Source of the DNA: Sphyrna mokarran | Lineage: Eukaryota | DNA length: 64,000 nucleotides | Direction: 5' to 3' | Assembly (NCBI GenBank): GCA_024679065.1 | Contig: JAGIQG010000006.1 | Location: forward strand, 8,432,001 to 8,496,000 | In this document: one piece after another, positions 12,900 through 25,760 of the stretch | Position numbering within the stretch: position 1 is the first letter of the stretch | How the letters are laid out: every line of letters starts with the position of its first letter | Program-made: the position numbers and the translations under genes | Notes under the pieces: generated by a model | Database searches by the model: none | What the model was told of the DNA's origin: nothing | Seen by the model: only the letters and a program-made list of their open reading frames with translations

Positions 12900-14100
12900 G
12901 CTGTGTTTGCGTTCCTTAATCAGGCAATGTTCGTTCACCATTGAACAAACATGACAGAATTCAATTCTGCTTATACTGAACATGGCTTGTCATTTTTTTC
13001 AACATGAGGTTACATTTTCCAAGTTATTGTTGGCCTGTATGTGTGTGAACCTCATTTTCAGTGTGACTACTGATGAAAATATCAACACTCATGATCAAGC
13101 TGTTTCACTTTCTAATTCACTTCAGAATCATGGTCTGAAATAGTTCAGCTGTTGAACTGACTCCAAAGTTGAGCCTCTTGTATTGAAAAGTCCGATGTGA
13201 GTGGAGGATGCTGTAAGGCACTTCGGCTCTTCAGCATGCTCAGTTTGATGGTCGCCTGCACTAGTTGAACAAAGTGTTTAGCACCATGGATGTTCTCTAT
13301 GGTGTCATTGATTGTCAGTGTCAAGGATCTTTCTCGTTGCATATCTTGCTTTGGTGATTGTGTTTCAATGCAAATTCTAATCTGCTTCTCATTCTTCAGT
13401 TTCCTAACGATCCTTAATGGTGAGACCCAAGATATGGACTCATCGCCAACTTTCTCAATAATATCCTGCTCAGGTAGACTCTGATGGGTCCTTCTCTGCC
13501 TGTTTCTGTCATGGAATGGGATTTGTCACTGTAGGTATGTGACTAGGTCACATTGCAGCCAAGGTGCAGATTGTATGTAACACTTTTTAGTGAGGAGTTT
13601 AGCACAGTTTGAGATGGTTCTTGTTACATGTAGGAATTGCACATGTAGCTGCAATCAGGCCTAAATCTGTAGCTGTGTGGAAACTGAGAAGTGTGTCACA
13701 TTTTCCAGACATGTGACATAGAATCGAGCATTTATTCTGATGTCTTTGAATGAGACTGGTGTTTCTAAAATCAAGACAGGTTTCAGATCGTTCTGATAGC
13801 TTTCTGTCTTTCTCCAGCGATTCTAGTGTATTTATCCAGAAGAACAACCTTCAATTCTTTCAGCTTTGATTTCCTGTTTGACATCTTCAACATCACCAAA
13901 GTCACATTTAGTTGCTGGTTGCCAAAATCATGCACAATATTGGCCAATTGTCTAGTTAGCTTTTTGCTTAGTGTTTTGGAAGACAATTGTTTCATAAATT
14001 GTGCTTTGTTTCTGTGTGAAACAAATTGTTTGTGAATTTAAACTGTTGTGGTCACTTAGTTCAAGCAGAAATGTTTGAAAAATGTCTTCCAATTCCTTAC
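12900..14100 (-). mobile_element. decayed Ty3/Gypsy protease-RT remnant
   Basis: LLSFHTATDLGLI and DIIEKVGDESISWVSPLRIVRKLKNEKQIRICIE..QRERSLTLTINDTIENIHGAKHF match the Gypsy RT N-terminus. Confidence 0.75.
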
Positions 14101-15361
14101 CTCCATTGTGGTGACAATAATAATGCAATTTACACATATACATAGTTTTTTTATGTTTAAGGGATATATTTAAAAATTCACTTTTATGCTTTAGGGAGTT
14201 GGTATGTCTGGTGGGAACGCAGCTCAGACTCTGGAAAGGCAGGATAATTACTCATTTTAGCCTTGGTGTGTTTGGCTAAGTTTAGGTTTATTTATTAGTA
14301 TCACAAGTAAGCTTACATTAAGACTGCAATGAAGTTATTATGAAGATCACCACACTCCATTCAGATACACTGAGGGAGAATTTAGCATGGCAAGTGCACC
14401 TGACCTGCATGTCATTCAGACTGTGGCAGGAAATTGGAGAACCTGGAAGAAATCCACACCAAACCAGGGGAGAACATGCAGATACCACACCGTCAGTGAC
14501 CCAAGCCAGAAATTGGATCTAGCTCCCTGGCACTGTGAGGCAACAGTGCTAAATATTGTGCTACGATACCACCAATGTCTATAGATCTCTAAAAGTATAT
14601 GTCAGTGGGGTGGTGAAAAAGGCATATAGAACACTTGTCTTTATCAATGGAGGAATAGATTACAAAAGCAGGGAAGTTATGTTGGAGTTGTGTAGAACTT
14701 TGGTGAGTCCACAGCTAGAGTACTATGTACAGTTCTGGTTGCCACATTATTGGAAGGATACGATTGCAGGTCTTTTGTGTTGGTGGGCACTCAATGGGCC
14801 GAAGGGTCCCTTCTGTGCTCAATGATTCTATGATTCTCACCTTGCATGTAGTTCTGTTAAATACACTTTGTTTACTTTGTTCCCCTCAGCTTTCTGATTA
14901 GAGTGATTAGAGCGATGATGTGCTTTATGTGCAGTCCTGGGTCTGTAGCAAAGAGAAAAAACTTTTGCAGAAAGCAGTGAACTTGCAGCTGAAGCCTGGT
15001 TAAATTTGGAAGGATTTTGAAGGCTTCTGGAACTCTAACTCTCTGAAAGCTCCATGATTGTTAACAAATGTTAAAACAAATATGGCTGGATTTTGTAACT
15101 ACTTATTTAAAAGTGGATTTGATTTATGCATGAATGAGGTTTATTTGGAAATGTAATAAGCTAAAAAAATCAAATTGCTTCCTTTCATTTTTAAATATTA
15201 TTCAGCTGCTAATAGTTAAATTGCATCATTTATTAGCGTTATATTGAAATTGTGTTATTAAATAAAATTTGTTTCACTGTTAATCATCCCTACTTTGTCA
15301 GTGGAATCACTCCTGGAAGGAACTTTGCCTATACATACTGTGCCTGTGGATCTCACTCCAT

Positions 15362-15400
15362 TCCACCTGATGAAGGAGCAGCACTCTGAAAGCTTGTAAT
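15362..15400 (+). ncRNA. minimal hammerhead ribozyme motif in a solo pLTR fragment (15350-15485)
   Basis: CAC-CTGATGA-AGGAGCAGCACTCT-GAAA-GCTT-GTA. Confidence 0.6.
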
Positions 15401-15534
15401 TTCAAATAAACCTGTTGAATTATAACCCGGTATCATATGACCTCTCATCTTGTCCACCCCACTCCAACACCGGCAAACCACATTTGGAGGAAGTATTCTT
15501 TCCTTAAATTTATGCCAAACTAGAAAAATTGTTG

Positions 15535-16535
15535 AGGACAATTCTCCCAAAGTATATGCTGAATTCACAATATAAATCATGGTTATTTTTCAGTGGAATT
15601 TCAAACTAAAATCTCCCACACTCCATGCAACGCAGAGGTCACAAGCGTGAATATCATTAAAAGTTCGGGGCATGCCGGGGCCTATTTATGCCAGAGTCTG
15701 ACCCTGAACTGTCAATCTGCAGTTTGCTGGTCAGCTTGATCACTGGCCAGACTGGGATCCCCAAAGTGCTGTTCCTCCCAACATCACCAGGGCACGATCG
15801 TGGCACCCTCGGCCATTCCCTGACCAGCCTCGTCCCAGAGTGCCTCAATCACCAACCTCCCCCATCCAGCAGTGACAATCCCCCTACCCTGGCAGACCTC
15901 CCTGACAAACCACCCCTCTCCCAGAACAGCCCAATCATTGGCATCTCTCCAACCCTGATCAATCCCAATACAGAGTAGCAGCAGGATCACTCCCACACCA
16001 CTGATTGCTCCTAAGTCCTGAACCCTACACCCCATTCCATTGGCACTACCTGATGCCTGGTGGGCGGTGCCAAGGTGCCCTCTGGGCATGGACACTTAGA
16101 CTTTTGGGGGGCACAGGCTGGCACTGCCAAAACTGCCCATGCTTAGGAGGCACCATCCCATGCTGCCCAACCTCCTATGGGGCCTCTATTGCCCCTCTTC
16201 ACTCCAGTGGGGTCTTCTGCTAGTTTCCCAAAGCTGGGGAGCTAGTTTGAACCCCACCCGAGTGAAATTGTACTGGTGGAGTGAAAGATGCTATTGGGTG
16301 CGGAGACTACAGTCCCAGGCCCAATAATGACATCCAAAGAACATTAAAATAAGATTAAATTAGTTACCAGCTAGTCTCATCATTTCCAGCGTGGTCCCCA
16401 CCTTGCCAGATATCCAGCCCTCAGAGATGCACGTACATCAGGAACACATGCACAAATTCCATGAATCGGCGCATGTGTGATTCTGCTGGTGTGACACGAT
16501 AAAAAATTAGCACATCAGGATGGGAGAATCGCCCC
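15535..16535. mobile_element. non-autonomous TIR DNA transposon (PIF/Harbinger-like)
   Basis: TIRs AGGACAATTCTCCCA / TGGGAGAATCGCCCC; 3-bp TSD TTG on both sides; a second copy lies at 5695-6810. Confidence 0.7.
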
Positions 16536-16742
16536 TTGAAATGCATCAACCAACTCAAGAACAGCTTCTTCCCTGCTGCTGTCAGACTTTTGAATGGACT
16601 TAAATGGACAAAGAAATAATGCCTTTTTTCTTTGTTACCTGTGGCTACAAAACTGCCATTAACTTTCAAAATGAATTAAGTTTGTACGTTGCTTCAGTCT
16701 TCATAAAGGAAGACATGATTAATTTACCAGAAATGCTGAATC

Positions 16743-18260
16743 ATAGAGTCATAGAGGTTTACAGCAAGGAAACAGGCCCTTTGGCCTAACTTATCCATGC
16801 CACCTTTTTTTTAAACCCCTAAGCTAATCCTAAATACCACATTTGGCCCACATCCCTCTATACCCATCATACTCTTGTAACTATCTAAATGCTTTTTAAA
16901 GGACAAAATCATCCTTAACTCTACTACTATCTCTGACAGGTTGTTTCAGAAAGTCACCACTCTGTGAAAAAATTGCCTCTCTGGACACTTTTGTATCTCT
17001 CCCCCCTCATTTTAAACTTATGCCCTCTAGTTTTAGACTTCCCTACCTTTGGGAAAAGATATTGACCATCTAGCTGATCTGTGCCCCTCATTATTTTATA
17101 GACCTCTATATGATCACCCCTCAGCCTCCTATGCTCCAGAGAAAAAAGTCCCAGTCTATCCAGCCTCTCCTTATAACTCAAACCATCAAGTTCTGATAGC
17201 ATCCTAGTAAATTTCTTCTGCACTCTTTCTAGTTTAATAATACCCTTTCTATCGTACCACCAAGCAGGAGTATTCCCTTCCTGTCAGGGAACACTTCAGC
17301 AGTCAAGAGCATTTAGTCTCTACCATTCGGGTAGAGCAGTCAAGGGCATTTAGTCTCTACCTTCAGGTTCTCTAAGGTGGTCTTCAAGATACACGACAAT
17401 GCAGAATTGCTGAGCAGAAACTGATGACCAAGTTCCGCATACATGAGGATGGCCTCAACCGGGATCCTGAGTTAATGTCCACTACATATAACCCCCATGA
17501 CATGCCTAGACTTGCAAAATCTCACTAACTGACCTAGCCTGAGACAATTCACATCTCTTCAACCTGTACTTAACCTTCTCTTCACTCACGTTTTCTGTAC
17601 CTGTAAAGATTTGATTACCTGTTAAAAGTCACATTCCATCCATTATTTTGTAATTGAGTTTGTGTCTATATATGTTGTCTTTATGAACCCAACTCCCACT
17701 TACCTGCTGAAGAAGCAGTGTTCCTAAAGCTTGTGATTCCAAATAAACTTGTTGGACTTCAACCTGGTGTTATGAGACTTCTTATTATGCCCATCTCAGT
17801 CAGCATCTCCACATCTTTCTATAACAGTGTGATCAGAATTGTACAGTTTTCCAAGTGTGAGTTTACCAATGTCTTGAACAACTTCACCAAGATGTTCCAA
17901 CTCCTATATTCAATGTTCTGACCAATGAAACCAAGCATGCCAAATGCCTTCTTCATTACCCTGTCCACTTGTGAGCTATGAACGTGTACTCCTAGATCTC
18001 TTTGTTCTCAAGCTCTCCCCAATGCCCTACCATAACGGAGTAGGTCCAGCTCCAAACTGCATCACATCACATTTATCTAAATTAAACTCCATCTACCATT
18101 CATCAGTCCACTGGCCCAATTAATCAAGATCCCGTTGCAATCCTAGATAACCTTCTTTACTGTCCACTATGTCACCAATTTTGGTTCATTACAAACTTAG
18201 TAACCATGCCTTCTAAATTCTCATCCAAATTATGAATATAAATTACAAATAACAGCAGAC
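16743..18260 (-). mobile_element. CR1 3' fragment split by a Penelope insertion
   Basis: ORF 16954-17223 (FTRMLSELDGLSYKERLDRLGLFSLE); RT sequence resumes at 17815. A related shorter copy lies at 3325-3685. Confidence 0.85.
17253..17814 (+). mobile_element. Penelope-like 3' fragment
   Basis: EQKLMTKFRIHEDGLNRDP plus pLTR; flanking duplication CTTTCTAT at 17245-17252 and 17815-17822. Confidence 0.82.
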
Positions 18261-18558
18261 ACTTGAGAAGGTGGTGGCGAGTTACCTTCTTGAATCGCTG
18301 CAGTCCATGTGCTGTAGGTTAACCCACAATGCCGTTAGAAAGGGAATTCCAGGATTTTGATCCAGTGACAACAAAAGGAAGATGATATATTTCCAGGTGA
18401 GGATGGTGAGTGACTTGGAGGGGAACTTGCAGATAGTTGTGTTCCCCATGTATATGATGGTCTTGTCCTTCTAGATGGAAGTGGTCATGGATTTAAAAGA
18501 TGGGTTTAATGATCTATGGTGAATTGCTGCAATGCGTTTTGTAGATGGTGCACATGAC

Positions 18559-19009
18559 NNNNNNNNNNNNNNNNNNNNNNNNNNNNNNNNNNNNNNNNNN
18601 NNNNNNNNNNNNNNNNNNNNNNNNNNNNNNNNNNNNNNNNNNNNNNNNNNNNNNNNNNNNNNNNNNNNNNNNNNNNNNNNNNNNNNNNNNNNNNNNNNNN
18701 NNNNNNNNNNNNNNNNNNNNNNNNNNNNNNNNNNNNNNNNNNNNNNNNNNNNNNNNNNNNNNNNNNNNNNNNNNNNNNNNNNNNNNNNNNNNNNNNNNNN
18801 NNNNNNNNNNNNNNNNNNNNNNNNNNNNNNNNNNNNNNNNNNNNNNNNNNNNNNNNNNNNNNNNNNNNNNNNNNNNNNNNNNNNNNNNNNNNNNNNNNNN
18901 NNNNNNNNNNNNNNNNNNNNNNNNNNNNNNNNNNNNNNNNNNNNNNNNNNNNNNNNNNNNNNNNNNNNNNNNNNNNNNNNNNNNNNNNNNNNNNNNNNNN
19001 NNNNNNNNN
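18559..19009. other. assembly gap (451 N)
   Basis: Run of N. Confidence 1.
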
Positions 19010-20498
19010 TAGGAGCAGGAGCAGGTCATTTGGTCCTTTGAACTTGCTTTGCCATTCATTAAGATCATGGCTGATCATCCAACTCAATAACCTCAATTCT
19101 GCTTTTTCCCCATAACCTTTGATCTTGTTTGCTCCAAGTGTTATATCCAACCGCCTCTCGAATATATTCAATGTTTTGGCATCAACTACTTTCTGTGGTA
19201 ATGAATTCCATAGGCTCATCACTCTTTGGATGAAGAAATATCTCCTCACCTACATCCTAAATGGTTTGTCCCGAATCCTCAGATTGTAACCCCTGTTTCT
19301 GGACTCCCCCACCATCAGGAACATCCTCCCTGCATCTACCATGTCCAGTTCATTAGTATTTTATAAGTCTGTATGAGAATGACCTTCATTTGTCTGAACT
19401 CCAGCGAAAACCTAGTCTATCGCTTCTCATACATCAGTCTCGCCATCCCTGGAATTAGCCTGGTTAACCTTTGCTGCACTTCCACGAAAGCAAGAACGTC
19501 CTTCCTCAGAAAAGGAGAGCAAAATTGCACACAATATTCTCAATGTGGCCTCACCAAGGCCCTGTATAATTGCAACAGCACATCCTTGCTCCTGTACTTC
19601 AAACCTCTTGCAATGAAGGCCAACATACATTTACCTTCTTTACCACATGCTGCACCTGCATGCTTATCTTCAGTGACCGATGCACAAAGACACCAACTAG
19701 AGAGCAAGTCATCTTGGACTGGGTGCTGTGTACTGAAAAGGGAATCATTGCTAATCTAGCTGTATGAGACTCCAGGGGGATGAGCGAACATAGCATGATA
19801 GGATTTTTTTTATCAAGATGGAGAGTGGAGTAGTTGATTCGGAGATGATAGTGCTAATTTTAACAAAGGAAACTATGAGGATATGAGGCGTGAGTTGGTC
19901 TTGATAAATTGGGGAGAGTTACTTAAAGGAATGACAGTGGATAGGTAATGGCAAACATTCAAGGAACTAATGGGGGAACTGCAGCAACTGTTTTTTCCTG
20001 TCTGGCACAGAAGCAAAATGAATAAAAGGGCCAATCCCACTGCACACTCCTCTCTCCCAATTTACAGCCATTCAGACAGTAATCTGCCTTCCTGTATTTG
20101 CTTCCAAAGTGAATAACCTCACATTTATCCAAATTATATTGCATCTACCATTGATTTAACCACTCACCCAACCTGCCCAGATCATTCTGAAGGATCTCTG
20201 CATCCTTGTCACAGTTCATCCTCCCACCAAACTTGGTATCATCTGTAAACTTTGAGATGTTACATTATGTCCCTCACTCAAATTATTAATATATATTATG
20301 AATAGCTGAGATTCCAGCACCAATCCCTTTGGCACCTGCCAATTTGAAAAGCACCCATTAATTCCTATTCTTTGTTTTCTCTCTACCAACAGTTTTCTAT
20401 CAGCTCAATACACTTCCTCCAATCCCATGTGCTTTAATCTTGTACATTAATCTCTTATGCAGGACTTTGTCAAATGCTTTCTGACAGTCCAAATATAC

Positions 20499-20970
20499 AT
20501 GATGTAGAGATGCCAGCGTTGGACTGTGGTAAACTCAGTAAGAACAAAGAACAAAGAACAATGGATTATAGATCTATAGATTAAAAACCAAATTTGAGAC
20601 GATTTAAGGAGAATTTGTTTTGTCAATTAGCCTAAGCGCACATCTTTGGGATGTGGGAGGAAACCGGAGCACCCAGAGAAAACCCACTCAAGCATGGGGA
20701 GAATGCACAAACTCCCACAGACACAGGCCCAAATCCATGTATCTGCACAGTACTCCAGAGTACCTGCCTCCACTACTTTACTTGGCAGTTTAGGTGTAAA
20801 GATTCGCATTCTAACAGTAATCTGTAAACTGTCTGTGCTGTTATATCCGCTATCTGAGACCAGAACACCTCATTCACCTGATGAAGAAATTGAAACACCT
20901 CGAAAGCTTGTGAGTTTACTATCAAATAAATTGGTTAGACTTAAACCTGGTGTTGTCAGACTTCTTACTG
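20499..20970 (+). mobile_element. Penelope pLTR insert containing a nested SINE piece
   Basis: TSD AGTCCAAATATAC at 20486-20498 and 20971-20983; inverted tail at the left end. Confidence 0.82.
20873..20914 (+). ncRNA. minimal hammerhead ribozyme motif
   Basis: TTCAC-CTGATGA...C-GAAA-GCTT-GTGAG; stem II is decayed. Confidence 0.5.
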
Positions 20971-22914
20971 AGTCCAAATATACCACAGCAACTGATTCCC
21001 CTTTCAACTCTACTGGTTACATCTTCAAAGAGTTCCAACAGATTTGCCAACCATTATTTCCCCTTCATACTGACTCTGTCTGATCCTGCCACTCTTTCTA
21101 AATGCTCCACTATAAATTCCTTGATAATGGATTTGAGAATGTTCCCCACTATCGATGTTAAGTTTACTGGTTTATAATTCCCTGTTTTCTCTCTACCTCC
21201 CTTTTTGAATATGGGAATGGCATTCACTGCCCTCCAATCTGCAGGGAATGTTCAAGAATCTATAGAATCCTGGAAGATTACCACTAATGCATTCACTATT
21301 TCCAGAGCCACTTCCTTAACTACTCAAGGTTAGTTAAATAGTTAACTACTTAACTAAGTAGATTATCAGACCCTGGGGATTTATCCATCTTCAATCCCAT
21401 CAACTTTACCAGTACCATTTCTCTACTAATATTGATCTCCTTCAGTTCTTCCCTCTCACAAAATCTATCACCCTCCAACATTTCTGGCATCTGATTCTTT
21501 TATGAAGACAGAACCAAAGTATGTATTCAGTTGCTTGGCCATTTTTTTTGACCCTATTGTACATTCCCCTTTTTCTGTCTGTAGGAAACCTCATAAATCT
21601 TCACTATTCTCTTTCTCTTCATGTATTTATAGAAACTCTTAGTGTCAGTCTTTATGTTCCCTGCAAGCTTACTTTCATTCTGTATTTGCCCCTTCTTAAT
21701 TAATCCCTTGGTCCTTCTTTGCTGAATTCTAAATTGCTTCCAATCCTCAAACCTATTATTTTTCTTGGCCAACCTGTATGCTTCTTTCTTAGATTGGACA
21801 TACTCTCTAATTTCCTTTGTAATCTATGGATTGGTCCTTTAACCCATTTTGCTTTTGTGCCAGACAGGAACAAACAGTTGCTGCAGTTCCCCCATGGGTT
21901 CCTTGAATGTTTGCCATTACCTATCCACTATCATCCCTTTAAGTGACTCTTTCCATTTTCCCATAAGATCAACTCATACCTCATATCCTCATAGTTTCCT
22001 TTTTTAAGATTAGCACCCTAGTCTCCAAATCAACTACTCAACTCTCCATCTTGACAAAAAAATTCTATCATGCTATGTTTGCTCATCCCCATGGGGTCTT
22101 GTACAGCTAGACTGGCAATGATTCCCTTTTCAATACACAGTACCCAGTCTAAGATGGCCTGCTCTCTAGTTGGTTCCTTCGCATATTGATCAAAAAAATT
22201 ATCACGTGTTTACTCCAAGATTTCCTCTATGGAATTGTGGCTAATTTAATTTCCCAATCTAATCGCAGATTAAGATCACCCATGATCACCAATATTCTCT
22301 TATCACATGCATCACTAATTTTGTGTTTAATGTCATTCCCAACATCACTACTGCAGTTTGAGGGTTTATATATGGCACCCACTTATGTTTTTTGCCCCAT
22401 GGTATTTCTCAGCTCTACCCATACAGACCCCACATTGTCAGAGCCAATATCCTTTCTCACTATTGTGTTAATTTCCTCTTTAACCAGCGGTGTCTCTCCA
22501 CCACCTTTTCCTTTATGCCTGTCCTTCCTAAATATTGAATACCCTGGGACATTCAGTTCCCACCCTGGTCACCCTGCAGCCATGTTTCCATAATCCCAAT
22601 TATATCATACCTGTTTATATCTATCTGTGTGATTAGTTCATTCAATTTATTGCAAATGCTCCTTGCATTAAGGCACAGAGCCTTTAAACTTGTCTAAACT
22701 TGTCTTTTTAATATTGTTTGTCTTGATCCCTGTATTTTTCTCTATAGTCTGTTTGAACTTTGACCTTGGTTTCTCTTCCTGTCACTTTTTTTATTACCTT
22801 TTCTACCTTTTGTATTTGTCCTTGCTCCCTCCTTCTCAGATCCTTACATTGGTTCCCATCCCTCTGGTATATTAGTTTAAACCCTCCCCAACTTCTCTAG
22901 CAAACACTCCCTTA

Positions 22915-25530
22915 CTACAGTAAGAATAGGGAAGGCAGTAAAAGAGATAGAGTAGCATTGATAATCAAGGATAGTTTAACAGCTGCTGAAAGGCATTTCG
23001 AGAGCAATCTGCCTATTGAGGTAATATGGGCTGAAGTTAGAAATAGAAAGGATTGATCATGTTGTTAGGAGTTTTCTATAGGCCTCCAAATAATAATAAT
23101 GTGGAGGAAAAAATGGCAAAGCAGATTATGGATAGGTGTGGAGGTCACAGGGTAGTTATCATGGATGACTTTCCAAATATTGATTGGAACCTTTAAAGGC
23201 TGAATAGTTCGGACGGGATACTTTTTGTACAGTGTATGCAGGAGAGTTTTCTGACACAATAAGTGGATAAGCCGACAAGAGGTGGAGCCTCTTGAACTTG
23301 ATACTGGGTAATGAACCAGGCCAAGTGTTAGATTTGTTTGTGGGAGGGCACTTTGGAAATAATAACTACAATTCAGTGTCCTTCATTATTGCAATGGAAG
23401 AGGGATAGGGTCACATGGCAGGTTGAAGTTTATAATTGGGGCAGGGGTAGTTATGATGTGATTAGGCAAGAATTAGGATTCATAAGATGGGAACAGAAAC
23501 TGTCAGCTATGGGCACAAACGAAAAGTGGAGCTTGTTCAAGGGACAAATACTGCGTGTCCGTGATAGATATGTCCCTGGCAGGTAGGAAGAAAATGGCCG
23601 AGTGAGGGAACTATGGTTCACAAAGGTGGTTGAATGTCTTGTTAAGAGGACAAAGGGAGTGTATATGAGGATGCAAAAACAAGGTTCAGTTGGGTTGCTT
23701 CAGGGTTACAAGGTAGCTAGGAATGAGTTAAAGAAAGAGATTAGGAGAACTGGGGGGGGGGTGCATGAGAAGACCTTGGTGGGTCGAATAAAGGAAAACA
23801 CCAAGACCTTTTACTCTTATGTGAGAAATAAAAGAATGACCAGGGTGAGGTTAGGGCCAGTCAAGAATAGTAGTGAGAACTTGTGCATGGAGTCAGAAGA
23901 GATAGGAGAGGTGATGAATGAATACTTTTCTTCAGTGTTCACTAAGGAGAGGTGCTATAGTGTGCTACAGGCTGATAGGATGGAGGAGGTAGATGTTCTG
24001 AGGGAACATGTATTAGCAATTTTAAAAAACCTGAGGATCGGTAAATCCCCTAGGCCAGATGGGATACATCCTAGGATACTTTGGGAGGCAAGGGATGAGT
24101 TTGCGGAGCCTTTAGCTTTGATCTTTGGTTTCTCTGTTCAGATTGTGCCAGAGAACTGGAGAGTGAAGAATTTTATTCCTTTCTTCAAGAATTATAGGCC
24201 AGTTAGTCTTACTTCAATGGTCTGAAAGGGTCCTGAGAGATAGGACTTATGACCATTTGGAAAGATGCAGTTTAATCCAGGATAATCAGCAAGATTTTGT
24301 AAGGAGTAAGTCCTGCCTCACAAATGTGATTGAATTTTTGAGGAGGTAACTAAATGTGTAGATGAAAGTAGAACAGTTGATGACATATACATGGATTTTC
24401 GTAAGGCATTTGATAAGGTTCCTCCTGGTAAGCTCACGTAGAAGATAAAGATGTGTGTGATAGAAGGAAATTTGGCCGATTGGATAAGTCACTGGCTGTC
24501 TCATAGAAGACAGAATGTGGTGGTAGAAGGAAAATTTTCAGACTGGAGGCCAGTTATCAGGGATGTACCACAGGGGTCAGTGCTGGGTCTTCTTTGTGAT
24601 TTTTATCAATGACTTGGAAGAGGGGGCTGAAGGGTGGGTTAGTATATTTGCTGATGATACCAAGAGTGATGGAGTAATGGATGAGGTGGAGGCTTTTGCA
24701 GACTGCAAAAAGACATTGATAGGATGCAGAGCTAGGCAAAAAGGTGGCAGCTGAAGTTTAACCCTGATAAGTGCGAGATGATTCATTTTGATAGGACAAA
24801 TTTAAATGTAGATTACAGGGTCAATGGCAGGACTTTGCAGAATGTGGAGGAACAGAGAGATCTTGGGGTTCATATCCACAGATCTCTGAAGATTGTCACT
24901 CAAGTGGATAGAGCCATGAAGAAGGCTTATAGTATGTTAGCGTTTATTAATAGGATGTTTGAGTTTAAGAGCTATGGGGTTATGCTGGGGTTATACCAGA
25001 TGTTGGTGAGACCACATTTGGAATATTGTGCTCAGTTCTGGTCACCTCACTATAAGAAGGATGTGGAAAAATTGGAGAGAGTGCAGAGAAGATTTACCAG
25101 GATGCTGCCTGGTTTGGAGGATAAGTCTTATGAGGAAAGGTTGAGAAAGCAGTGGCTTTTCTCTTTAGAGTGGAGGAGGACGAGAGGCGACCTAATAGAG
25201 GTTTATAAGATGATGAGAGGGGTAGATAGAGTGGACATGCAAAGACTAGTTCCTCAAGTGGATGTAGCTGTTACAAGGTGGCATAAAAATAAGGTTCACA
25301 ATGAGAGATATAGCACGGATGTCCGATTCTTCACTCAGAGAGTGGTTGGAGTGTGGAATACACTGCCTGTTGTGATAGTAGAGTCGGACACTTTAGGAAC
25401 TTTCAAGCAGTTATTGGATAAGCACATGGATCACACCAGAATTATAGCGAGTTGGATAGCTTGATCTTGGGATTGGGCATAGCTCGGCACAATATTGAGG
25501 GCCGGAGGGCCTGTAATGTTCTATGTTGTA
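22915..25530 (+). mobile_element. CR1 LINE nested inside the minus-strand CR1
   Basis: ORFs 23602-24225 and 24778-25464 ([29 protein letters not shown]), FADDTK, and a ttctatg tail. Confidence 0.92.
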
Positions 25531-25534
25531 AGTT

Positions 25535-25760
25535 CTATGACATCAGTTCCAATCCTGCCCAGGTGCAACTCGTCCAATTTGTATAGGTCCCATATCCCCC
25601 TGAATGGTTCCAATGTCCCAGGAATCTGAAACACTCCCCTTGACACCATTTCTTCAGCCACGTATTTATTCGATATATCCTGTCATTTCTACTCCGACTA
25701 GCACATGGCACCAATAATAATCCTGAGATCACTACCTTTGAGTTTATACATGTGTTTAGC
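25535..25760 (-). mobile_element. CR1 ORF1 esterase (SGNH-like) remnant
   Basis: KVVISGLLLVPCASRSRNDRIYRINTWLKKWCQGECFRFLGHW, typical of the CR1 ORF1 esterase. Confidence 0.75.

Larger units (their letters stand above)
19010..22910 (-). mobile_element. decayed CR1 LINE ORF2 (endonuclease plus RT) with nested inserts
   Basis: Endonuclease-like and RT peptides on the minus strand (MRRYFFIQRVMSLWNSLPQ, LAGNIKTDTKSFYKYMK); its ORF1 continues at 25535-25760. Confidence 0.85.

Noticed and set aside
13145-14143. Possible host TRIM/coiled-coil gene fragments
   Set aside because: Better explained by Gypsy protease-RT motifs with stops and frameshifts.
18506-19249. Long ORFs spanning 18.5-19.2 kb
   Set aside because: Artefacts of the N gap.
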